Assembly: GCA_031414955.1 (NCBI GenBank)
Contig: JANOQV010000012.1
Location: 31,100 to 95,099, forward strand
Direction of reading: 5' to 3'
Length of the DNA stretch: 64,000 nt
DNA from: Pedosphaera sp.
Lineage (GTDB): Bacteria > Verrucomicrobiota > Verrucomicrobiia > Limisphaerales > SIBH01
The notes below the pieces were generated by a model that did no database searches, was not told the DNA's origin, and was given only the letters and a program-made list of their open reading frames with translations. The first letter of the stretch is position 1. Each line of letters opens with the position of its first letter. Below are positions 33,900-42,165 of this stretch, piece after piece. A program made the position numbers and the translations under genes.

Positions 33900-34404
33900 A
33901 ATCGAACGGCTGGCCAAGTCTCACGACCGGGACGGATTCGACTGCGGGAGTGAACCGCTCAATCTGTTTCTGAGGCAAACCGCACGCCAACACGCGGAAC
34001 GGGGAATCTCGCGGACCTTCGTTCTCGTGGACGGGGACGCTGCCGCACCCAAACCCATTTTGGGTTTCTTCTCCCTCAACATCTGTCAGATAAAATCGGA
34101 ATCCCTTTCAGCGGAAGAAGCGAAGAAGCTGCCGCGTGACGTGTCCGGGATAAGGCTTGGCCGGCTGGCCGTCTCGAAAGCATTCCAGCGGCAAGGCATC
34201 GGGAAAACCCTGCTGGTCGCGGCCATGGGGAAATTCATCGAGATTTTCAACACGGCGGGCGGGATTGGACTTTTCGTGGACGCGAAAGACCAGGAAGCCA
34301 AACGCTACTACGAGCAATTTGGTTTTGTTTCCCTGCCGTCGAACGAATTGGAACTGTTCCTGCCGGTCAAAACGATTCAAGAGGCATGGACCTCGCACCC
34401 GTAA
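33892..34404 (+). CDS. GNAT-family acetyltransferase toxin (TacT/KacT/AtaT-type)
   Basis: GTG start. 'FDCGSEPLNLFLRQTARQHAERGISRTFVLVD', 'GRLAVSKAFQRQGIGKTLLVAAM' (acetyl-CoA P-loop-like Q/RxxGxG) and 'VDAKDQEAKRYYEQFGF' are hallmarks of GNAT toxins paired with DUF1778. Confidence 0.85.
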   Translation: MRKIERLAKSHDRDGFDCGSEPLNLFLRQTARQHAERGISRTFVLVDGDAAAPKPILGFFSLNICQIKSESLSAEEAKKLPRDVSGIRLGRLAVSKAFQRQGIGKTLLVAAMGKFIEIFNTAGGIGLFVDAKDQEAKRYYEQFGFVSLPSNELELFLPVKTIQEAWTSHP

Positions 34405-34772
34405 GGCGACGGGGCAGAGGTGACGGACCTTTGGCGTGGGGGGCTGGGGACGGCGCAAGTACCCAAGGAAAGAAAAAGGCGGTCGAGTCGCTATGCCCCG
34501 GCCGCGTGCTTTACCGGCGATCCATCCTGGTCTGGCACCATCACGGTGATGGCGGGTTGTGGGTCGTTGCTGGCGAGCGTCCCGCCAGTGGCGATGAGTT
34601 TCAGCAGCCGTGAACTGTGGTCGGGGGAAAGCTCCCAACCGCGGATAAACACAGACGGACAAGGATGAAGAGCGGGCTATTTCGGCTTCCGCCGGTCACG
34701 AAATGACAATTGGTTCGCGGTGATCACAAGATGGCTCCTTATCCGTGTTTATCGGTCTTCATCCGCGGTTGA

Positions 34773-34808
34773 AAGATTTTTTCAAAAAGGCCCGGCCCGT
34801 TGCGTGTT
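34773..34808 (+). promoter_or_regulatory. Candidate ECF-type promoter, distal copy upstream of RCC1 paralogue 2
   Basis: TTCAAA at 34781-34786, 16-nt spacer, CGTGTT at 34803-34808. The surrounding ~125 nt are almost identical to 28372-28495. Confidence 0.4.
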
Positions 34809-34943
34809 CATGCCAGTGCAGGCAGCCGCGCAAATTGTTTTCAGCCGCTCTGGTCCACCGCAGAGACGGGAAGAGCGCAGAGGTTTTCCGGCCGGCGATC
34901 TCGGTGTCCTTCTCGTCTCTGCGGTGCCAGAACGCGCCCGGCG

Positions 34944-34979
34944 AAGATTTTTTCAAAAAGGCCCGGCCCGTTGCGTATT
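34944..34979 (+). promoter_or_regulatory. Candidate ECF-type promoter, proximal copy upstream of RCC1 paralogue 2
   Basis: TTCAAA at 34952-34957, 16-nt spacer, CGTATT at 34974-34979. About 105 nt upstream of the ATG at 35084. Confidence 0.45.
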
Positions 34980-35083
34980 GCTCTGTAGAGATGGACAGGA
35001 TGTGCTATGACAGAACCCGAATTGCCCAGGTCATCCGGCGGCGTGGCGCGGCTGCGGATGACACCACGGCGGCTCCTTGGCGA

Positions 35084-38000
35084 ATGATTTTTTATATCAC
35101 AGTTTGTGGTGATCCGAGGCGGCGGTGGCTGTTAACCCTGCTGCTTTTGTGCGCTGCGCTCCCTGGCCCGGCGACGCACGGCGCGGGTTCCTTGCTGTCG
35201 TGGGGTTTGAACAACGCCGGCCAGACCAATGTGCCGGCGGGCCTGACCAATGTTGTGGCCGTGGCGGCGGGCCAGAACCACAGCCTGGCCTTGAGGGACG
35301 ACGGCACCGTGGTGGCGTGGGGCAGCAATGCCACCGGCCAGACCAACCTTCCTCCGGGGCTGGATGGAGTGAGCGCCATGGCCTCCGGACTCTTCCACAA
35401 CCTCGCCGTGCGCGCCGATGGCACTGTCGTGGCGTGGGGCCAGAACATCTATGGCCAGACCAATGTCCCGGCCGGGCTGCAAAATGTCGTCGCGGTGGCG
35501 GCTGGCACCCGACATAGCCTGGCCTTGCGGGCGGATGGCACCGTCGCCGGCTGGGGCACGAATGAGGACGGCCAGATCACCATCCCGCCCAACCTCACCA
35601 ACGCCCTGGCCATCGCCGCCGGGGCTTATCACAGCCTGGCGCTCCGCCGCGACGGCACCGTCGTGGCCTGGGGCCGGACGAACTACTTGCAGACGGCGGT
35701 CCCGGCCTCGGCCACGAACATCCTCGCCCTCGCCGCCGGCGGAGATCACTCCCTCGCCCTGCGCGCGGACGGCCAGGTGATCGCCTGGGGTTACAGCGTC
35801 TCCGGCCTGACCAACGTGCCGGTCGATCTCACCAATGCCGTGGGCGTTGCGGCGGGATACTATTTCAACAGCGCCCTGCGCGCGGATGGCCGAGTGGTGG
35901 CCTGGGGTGCCAACAACTCCGGCCAGACCAACGTGCCGCCGGGCATGACGAACGTGGTAGCGCTGGCCGCGGGTTACGGTCACGCCTTGGCTCTGCGCGA
36001 TTCAGATTTTGTCGTGTCCTCTGCGCCAAGGATTCTAACCCAGCCGCACGCACGGACCATCTACAGCGGCACTACCGTCACGCTGGACGTGCTCGCCATC
36101 GCTCCCGATCCAATCGCCTATCAGTGGCAATTCGGGGAGACGAATCTGGCCGGGGCGACGAATGCGTCGCTCGTTTTGGAGAACGTGCAGTTCGCGCAGG
36201 CGGGACTGTATCGTGTGGTGGTCAGCAGCAGCGGTGGAGTTGCTGTGAGCATCGACTCCTTGCTTTCGGTGGTTGGCGCCGGCCCGATCATCGTCAGCGG
36301 ACCATCGAATGTGGTGACGCTTGCTGGTTCGACTGCGGAGTTCCACGTCACTGCGGACGGATCAGAACCCTTCAGCTACCAATGGCAGTTCAATGGTGCG
36401 GACATCAGTGGGGCCACCAGCAGCAGTTTGTTTCTCTCGAATATCCAACTGGCTGACCAGGGCGGGTACCGCTGCGTCGTCAGCAACGCCTTCGGCGTCA
36501 TCACCAGTTCGGCGGCGATCTTGATCGCACCGGCGCTCGTCATCGCGTCGCAGCCTCAAAGCCAGACTGTCTTGGCGCTGGCCAGCGTCACCTTCAGCAT
36601 CGTCGCCGTTGGCTCTGGCCCCTTCACCTACCAGTGGCGGAGATCCGGCATCAGCCTGACGGAGGGCGGCTGGATTCTGGGGGCGCAGACGGCCACGCTG
36701 ACCTTGTCCAATGTTCTGCCCGCCGACGCGGGCAGTTACTCGGTGACGGTGCATAATGCCTTTGGCACCGCGTCCAGTTCCAACGCTTGGTTGGCGGTGG
36801 TGCCACTGGTGGCTTGGGGCACCAATTCATTCGGGCAAACCAGCATTCCACTGAGTCTCACCAACGTGACGGCGGTGGCTGCGGGCGCCTATCATAATCT
36901 GGGGCTGAAGGCAGACGGGACAGTAGTCGCTTGGGGGCAGAACTCTTCCGGTCAGATCAATGTTCCACCGAGCTTATCCAATGTGGAGGCCGTCGCGGCA
37001 GGAGTCGCTTGGAGCCTGGCTCTGCGCGGCAATGGAACGGTGATGGCGTGGGGATCTGGTATTCAGACCAATGCTCCGTCCGCGCTGTCGAACGTGATCG
37101 CGATCGCGGCTGGCGGCTTTCATGGTCTGGCCTTGAAACAGAACGGCACCGTGGTGGCCTGGGGCCAGAACACCGAGGGCCAGACCAATGTGCCTCCCGG
37201 CCTGTCGAACGTGATTGCGATTGCGGCCGGACAATCCCATAGCCTGGCCTTGAAGGCGGACGGTCGGGTCGTCGCCTGGGGCTGGAACACCTGGGGCCAG
37301 ACGAACGTGCCGCCGGGGCTTTCAAACGTGGTCGCGATTGCAGCGGGCATGTTCTACAGCCTGGCCTTGAAAGACAACGGGACCGTGGCGGCCTGGGGTT
37401 CCAACTCCCTTCCCAGCGGATTAAGCAACGTCGTGGCCATCGCGGCAGGTGCGGCAGGTGCGCCCGATCACGGTCTCGCACTCACGGACGACGACACGTT
37501 GCTACGGTGGGGAAACACTTGCTGTGGCCTGACGAACATTCCGTCTGGCCTGACCGGCATCGCCGCTGTCGCGGCGGGTGCCAACCATGACCTGGCTCTC
37601 GTGTTTGGCTCATTGGCCGTGAACCCGATAACTCCTGGTGCCGTGGTGGCCTGGGGAAACAACAACTACGGCCAAACGACGGTGCCCGTGGCAGCGCAGA
37701 GCGGAGTGGTGGCCATTGCGGCGGGAGGTTCTGAATACGGTGGTCACACCGTGGCCTTGAAGACCGACGGCAGCGTGGTGGCGTGGGGAGAAAACGACTA
37801 CGGCCAGACGACGGTGCCCGTGGCGGCGCAGAGCGGAGTGACGGCCATTGCGGCGGGAGCTGGTCACACTGTGGCCTTGAAGAACGACGGGAGCGTGCTG
37901 GCGTGGGGACGCAACTTCGAAGGCCAAACGAACGTGCCCGTGGCGGCACAGAGCGGAGTGACGGCCATTGCGGCGGGACGTGTTTATACCGTGGCCCTAA

Positions 38001-41000
38001 AGACCGACGGGAGCGTGGTGGCGTGGGGAAGCTACTACACGGTCCCCGGGGAAGCGCAGAGCGGGGTGATGGCCATTGCGGCAGGAAGGAACCACACTGT
38101 GGCCTTGAAGAATAATGGGAGCGTGGTGGCCTGGGGACGAAACTACGAAGGCCAGACGACCGTGCCCGGAGAAGCGCAGAGCGGCGTGACGGCGATTGCG
38201 GCCGGAGCTAATCACACCTTGGCCTTGAAGATCGGCGGGCGCGTACTGGGCTGGGGAGACGACGACAACGACCAATCGGATGTGCCCGGCGAGGCGCAAA
38301 GTGGAGTGGTGGCCATTGCGGCGGGAGGTTATCACAGTCTGGCTTTGAAGGCTGACGGTAGCGTGGTGGCCTGGGGAGAAAACGAGGACCCATGGGAACA
38401 ACACTGGTACGGCCAGGCGACCGTGCCCGTGGCAGCGCAGAGTGGAGTGGAGGCCATCGCGGGGGGGAGCTACCACTCGGTCGCGCTCGTCATCCCCTCG
38501 GCCCCCAGCATCATTGCCCAACCCGTGAGCCAGGTGGCGAACGCCGGACAGAGCGCCACTTTCACCGTTACGGCCAGGGGTGCGCACAATTACTTCCAGT
38601 GGCGGAAGGATGGAACCAACCTCCCCGGGGCGGTGGGGGTCACCTTGCACTTGAACAACGTCTGGTTCAGCGACGCGGGTTATTATACTGTGGTGGTGAG
38701 CAACTCCCTGGGCAGTGTGACGAGCGCGCCAGCAGCCGTGCTGACCGTGAACGCCACCTCTCCCGGCGCAGTGATAGCGTGGGGATACAACGGCCGGGGC
38801 CAAACGACGGTGCCCGTGACGGCGCAGAGTGGAGTGATAGCAATTGCTGCGGGATATGGTCACACGGTGGCCTTGAAGAATGACGGAAGCGTGGTGGCAT
38901 GGGCAGGGGACGGGTACGGCGAAGCGATCGTGCCTGTGGCCGCGCAGAGCGCGGTCAGGGCGATTGCGGCGGGACGATATCACACTGTGGCCCTGAAGAA
39001 CGATGGGAGCGTGGTGGCGTGGGGAAGCTACTACACGGTCCCCGTGGCAGCGCAGAGCGGAGTGACGGCCATTGCGGCGGGAAGTTATCACGATGTTGCG
39101 CTGAAGAATGACGGGAGCGTGGTGGCGTGGGGGTGGAACGACTACGGCCAAACCATGGTGCCCATAGCGGCGCAAAGTGGAGTGATAGCAATTACTGCGG
39201 GATATGGTCACACCGTGGCCTTAAAAGACAACGGGAGCGTGGTGGCATGGGGAGACAATTGGTACGGCCAAACGACGGTGCCCGTGGTGGCGCAAAGTGG
39301 AGTGATAGCAATTGCTGCGGGATATGCTCACACCGTGGCCTTAAAAAACGACGGAAGCGTCGTGGCGTGGGGATACAACTACTCCGGCCAGACGACCGTG
39401 CCCGTGGTGGCGCAGAGCGGGGTAGTCGCTATTGCGGCGGGAGATTGGCACACCGTGGCCTTGAAGAACGACGGGAGCGTGCTGGCCTGGGGCCGAAACG
39501 ACTACGGCCAAACGACGGTGCCTGTCGCAGCTCAGAGCGGGGTGATAGCCATTGCGGGCGGAGGTTTTCACACCGTGGCACTGCTGGGGGATGGAAGACC
39601 GATCCTGACCTCTCATTTGGTGAATCAAACTGCTTTCCTTGGCGAAACCGTCCGCCTGGCCGCGATGGTCGTGGGCAACGGGCCGATGTTCTATCAGTGG
39701 CGCTTCAACGGACTGGACATCGCCGGAGGGACCAATGCCCTGTTCGAGATCCTCAACGTGCAAACCAACCAGGCGGGGGCTTACACATTCGTCGCGAGCA
39801 ATGCGCTGGGTTGGGTGACGGGCGCGGTGGCACAAGTGACAGTTCTCGTTCCGGCGCACGTTGATCCCCTGCCGCCGAGCACCACGGTCTTGCTCGGCTC
39901 CAATGTGACGTTCTCTGCGAACGCCTCGGGCACGCCGCCGCTGATCTATCAGTGGCGCAAGAATGGCGCGAACATTCCCGGCGCTACGAACGCCACCTTC
40001 ACCCTCACCAACGTGCAGGTCATTGATGGCGGTGCCTACACGGTGGTGGTGCAGAACAATTACGGCGTTGCCACCAGCGATCCAACGCTGCTCATCGTCG
40101 AGGTGCCGCCACAAGCACCGGGAGATAATTTCGCCAATCGTGCCACGATCATGAACACGGTTGGAGTCATCGGCGGCACGAACCGCTTCGCGACGAAGGA
40201 AACGGGCGAACCGCATCACGGCGGCAAGGCGGGCAGCAATTCTGTTTGGTACACCTGGACCGCGCCGGCCACGGGCATCGCCACGTTCCGCACCCAAGGC
40301 AGCGTGTTCGACACTTTGCTCGGCATCTACACCGGCGGCACGGTGTCCAATCTCACCACCATCGCCAGCGACGAAGACCTCGGCGGCTTCTTCACCAGCG
40401 AGGTGCAGTTCAATGCGCTGGCCGGAACGAGCTACCACATCGCGGTCGATGGCTTTGCCGGCGGCTCAGGCGAGTTCATCCTGGGCTGGGACCTGGAGAT
40501 CACGAGCGACACCTTGCCGGTGATCACCAATCAGCCAATCAGCCGTGCCGTGTTGATCGGTTCCGACGTGACGTTCAACGTGTCTGCTACGGGAACCGGC
40601 CTGACCTACCAATGGTTCTTCAATGACTCCGCGCTCCCCGGCGCGACCAACACAGCCCTCACCCGCAGCAGCGTGCAAGCGGCGGATGTCGGATATTACA
40701 CCGTGCGCGTGCGCAACAGCGTGGGACGTGAAGTGGACAGTCTGGCCGCGGCCCTGGAACTGGTGAGCGAGTTGCGGCCGCTTTCGCAGGACAAGCTGGA
40801 GGATCTGTTGTCACCGCCGCCAGCCCCGGACGGTCGCCCGCCCAAGGAGGGAGGCTCGTCCTTCACCGTGTCGCTCGGCACGATCGATTACCAGATCGTG
40901 AGCAATGTGCGTTCGACGACCCAGCCGTTGGAACCAACTCCGTGCGACGTGATCGGCGGGGCCAGCCAGTGGATCGTGTTGCGCGGGACGAGCAATGGCA

Positions 41001-41716
41001 TGTTCCGCATCGACACCCTCGGCAGCAGCATCAACACGGTGCTGACGGTGTACCGCTACACCAACCTGCTCTACCTCCACACCGCGCAGGTGGCCTGCGA
41101 CGACAACGGCGCGCCGGACGGAGTGCGCAGCCTGCTCTGGTTCAACGCCACGGCCAACACGGACTATCTCGTGGTGGTGGACGGAGTGAACTACGAGCGC
41201 GGCACGATCCATATCAACTGGGCCTTCGGCCTGCCGCCCTCGGCCGGCACGAACAGCCTGGCACCGCAGCACACGTTTCTGCGCGGTGAGAGCCTGACCT
41301 TGCGATCACCGGCGACCAACGGCCTTCCCCCGCCGCGTTTCCAGTGGCTTTGGAACGGCAGCCCGCTGGCTGGGGCGACCAATGCCTCGCTCACCCTGAC
41401 CAACCTGCAACCGGCCCAGGTCGGTTTCTACACTGTGGTAGTCAGCAATGCCCTGGGCACGCTGACCTACGCGACCGACCTCGGCGTGGAAGTGCCCACC
41501 TTCCAGGCCGAACTCACGCGGACCAACAAGACGCTGCGGCTCTGGCTGCCCACCGTGACCAATCAAACCACCGTGGTGGAAACCTCCACCAACCTGCTGA
41601 ACTGGACGCCGGTTTACTTCTACGCGCCGCCCCAGAACAACTACTTCGACCTCTCCATCACCAACGCCGCCCAGCAGTTCTTCCGCACCCGCTCGATCAC
41701 CAGCCCGCCTTATTAG
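35084..41716 (+). CDS. Giant secreted RCC1-repeat (four propeller blocks) / Ig-like / PPC-like multidomain surface protein, paralogue 2
   Basis: The start is chosen at the ATG at 35084 (MIFYITVCGDPRRRW...), homologous to the start of paralogue 1 (MKFCFTVCGDPRRRW...). The track ORF extension back to 34745 runs through intergenic repeats. Two blade types are present ('GLTNVVAVAAG..HSLALR.DGTVVAWG' and 'AAQSGV.AIAAG..HTVALK.DGSVVAWG'). The last ~700 aa are nearly identical to paralogue 1. Confidence 0.85.
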   Translation: MIFYITVCGDPRRRWLLTLLLLCAALPGPATHGAGSLLSWGLNNAGQTNVPAGLTNVVAVAAGQNHSLALRDDGTVVAWGSNATGQTNLPPGLDGVSAMASGLFHNLAVRADGTVVAWGQNIYGQTNVPAGLQNVVAVAAGTRHSLALRADGTVAGWGTNEDGQITIPPNLTNALAIAAGAYHSLALRRDGTVVAWGRTNYLQTAVPASATNILALAAGGDHSLALRADGQVIAWGYSVSGLTNVPVDLTNAVGVAAGYYFNSALRADGRVVAWGANNSGQTNVPPGMTNVVALAAGYGHALALRDSDFVVSSAPRILTQPHARTIYSGTTVTLDVLAIAPDPIAYQWQFGETNLAGATNASLVLENVQFAQAGLYRVVVSSSGGVAVSIDSLLSVVGAGPIIVSGPSNVVTLAGSTAEFHVTADGSEPFSYQWQFNGADISGATSSSLFLSNIQLADQGGYRCVVSNAFGVITSSAAILIAPALVIASQPQSQTVLALASVTFSIVAVGSGPFTYQWRRSGISLTEGGWILGAQTATLTLSNVLPADAGSYSVTVHNAFGTASSSNAWLAVVPLVAWGTNSFGQTSIPLSLTNVTAVAAGAYHNLGLKADGTVVAWGQNSSGQINVPPSLSNVEAVAAGVAWSLALRGNGTVMAWGSGIQTNAPSALSNVIAIAAGGFHGLALKQNGTVVAWGQNTEGQTNVPPGLSNVIAIAAGQSHSLALKADGRVVAWGWNTWGQTNVPPGLSNVVAIAAGMFYSLALKDNGTVAAWGSNSLPSGLSNVVAIAAGAAGAPDHGLALTDDDTLLRWGNTCCGLTNIPSGLTGIAAVAAGANHDLALVFGSLAVNPITPGAVVAWGNNNYGQTTVPVAAQSGVVAIAAGGSEYGGHTVALKTDGSVVAWGENDYGQTTVPVAAQSGVTAIAAGAGHTVALKNDGSVLAWGRNFEGQTNVPVAAQSGVTAIAAGRVYTVALKTDGSVVAWGSYYTVPGEAQSGVMAIAAGRNHTVALKNNGSVVAWGRNYEGQTTVPGEAQSGVTAIAAGANHTLALKIGGRVLGWGDDDNDQSDVPGEAQSGVVAIAAGGYHSLALKADGSVVAWGENEDPWEQHWYGQATVPVAAQSGVEAIAGGSYHSVALVIPSAPSIIAQPVSQVANAGQSATFTVTARGAHNYFQWRKDGTNLPGAVGVTLHLNNVWFSDAGYYTVVVSNSLGSVTSAPAAVLTVNATSPGAVIAWGYNGRGQTTVPVTAQSGVIAIAAGYGHTVALKNDGSVVAWAGDGYGEAIVPVAAQSAVRAIAAGRYHTVALKNDGSVVAWGSYYTVPVAAQSGVTAIAAGSYHDVALKNDGSVVAWGWNDYGQTMVPIAAQSGVIAITAGYGHTVALKDNGSVVAWGDNWYGQTTVPVVAQSGVIAIAAGYAHTVALKNDGSVVAWGYNYSGQTTVPVVAQSGVVAIAAGDWHTVALKNDGSVLAWGRNDYGQTTVPVAAQSGVIAIAGGGFHTVALLGDGRPILTSHLVNQTAFLGETVRLAAMVVGNGPMFYQWRFNGLDIAGGTNALFEILNVQTNQAGAYTFVASNALGWVTGAVAQVTVLVPAHVDPLPPSTTVLLGSNVTFSANASGTPPLIYQWRKNGANIPGATNATFTLTNVQVIDGGAYTVVVQNNYGVATSDPTLLIVEVPPQAPGDNFANRATIMNTVGVIGGTNRFATKETGEPHHGGKAGSNSVWYTWTAPATGIATFRTQGSVFDTLLGIYTGGTVSNLTTIASDEDLGGFFTSEVQFNALAGTSYHIAVDGFAGGSGEFILGWDLEITSDTLPVITNQPISRAVLIGSDVTFNVSATGTGLTYQWFFNDSALPGATNTALTRSSVQAADVGYYTVRVRNSVGREVDSLAAALELVSELRPLSQDKLEDLLSPPPAPDGRPPKEGGSSFTVSLGTIDYQIVSNVRSTTQPLEPTPCDVIGGASQWIVLRGTSNGMFRIDTLGSSINTVLTVYRYTNLLYLHTAQVACDDNGAPDGVRSLLWFNATANTDYLVVVDGVNYERGTIHINWAFGLPPSAGTNSLAPQHTFLRGESLTLRSPATNGLPPPRFQWLWNGSPLAGATNASLTLTNLQPAQVGFYTVVVSNALGTLTYATDLGVEVPTFQAELTRTNKTLRLWLPTVTNQTTVVETSTNLLNWTPVYFYAPPQNNYFDLSITNAAQQFFRTRSITSPPY

Positions 41717-41831
41717 TCTTGCGTTCCCTTCCCGCCGCGGAAGCCGTGTTCATGCTGTTGGAATTTCAACGCCAAGACGCTGGGGAAAACTGACTGATGG
41801 GGGATGGGTTCCAGCAGCGACGGCAAAAATC

Positions 41832-41944
41832 CCGGAGTGCGCCCGTCCTCGGGCGCAGCAATGCTCGCAGGGTGGCAAAGTCTCGAAAACCTGGCTTCTT
41901 TCCGCGCGAGGACATCGCTGCGCCCGAGGACGGGCGCACTCCGG
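41832..41944. repeat. ~113-nt inverted-repeat element, same family as 13965-14075
   Basis: CCGGAGTGCGCCCGTCCTCGGGCGCAGC (41832-41859) and GCTGCGCCCGAGGACGGGCGCACTCCGG (41917-41944) are perfect reverse complements with a 57-nt spacer. The pair is nested inside a second, weaker inverted repeat (TTTCAACGCCAAGACGC near 41765 and GCGCCTTGGCGTTAAAC near 42005). Confidence 0.85.
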
Positions 41945-42069
41945 GTGAGTTCTGCAATCGCGTCTCCAACTTTCCATTTCCGCCTGGCGTCTTCGCGGCT
42001 TTGCGCCTTGGCGTTAAACAACTTGGCCCTCAACCGCATGGATACGGTCCAGAGCCGAAACTCGAGCAA

Positions 42070-42105
42070 AAGATATTTTCAAATAACGCCTCCCTCCTGC
42101 GTATC
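42070..42105 (+). promoter_or_regulatory. Candidate ECF-type promoter upstream of the FHA gene: AAGATATTTTCAAA-N16-CGTATC
   Basis: TTCAAA at 42078-42083, a 16-nt spacer of completely different sequence (TAACGCCTCCCTCCTG), CGTATC at 42100-42105. Both half-sites and the spacing are conserved while the spacer is not. Confidence 0.45.
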
Positions 42106-42165
42106 CCTCAGTGGCCGGACATTCAACCAGACCGGCCTGTGGAAAATTTGAAAGACGATGTCGCT

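Noticed and set aside
34470-34650. Short minus-strand reading '...WELSPDHSSRLLKLIATGGTLASNDPQPAITVMVPDQDGSPVKHAAGA*' downstream of the toxin gene, possibly a gene relic
   Set aside because: There is no start codon context and no recognisable family. It is shorter than the ORF-track threshold. It may be a degraded fragment but cannot be supported.
34745-35083. N-terminal 113-codon extension of the RCC1 paralogue 2 ORF in the track
   Set aside because: The extension runs through the duplicated intergenic leader and GC-rich repeats. In paralogue 1 the same sequence is clearly non-coding. The ATG at 35084 aligns with the start of paralogue 1.
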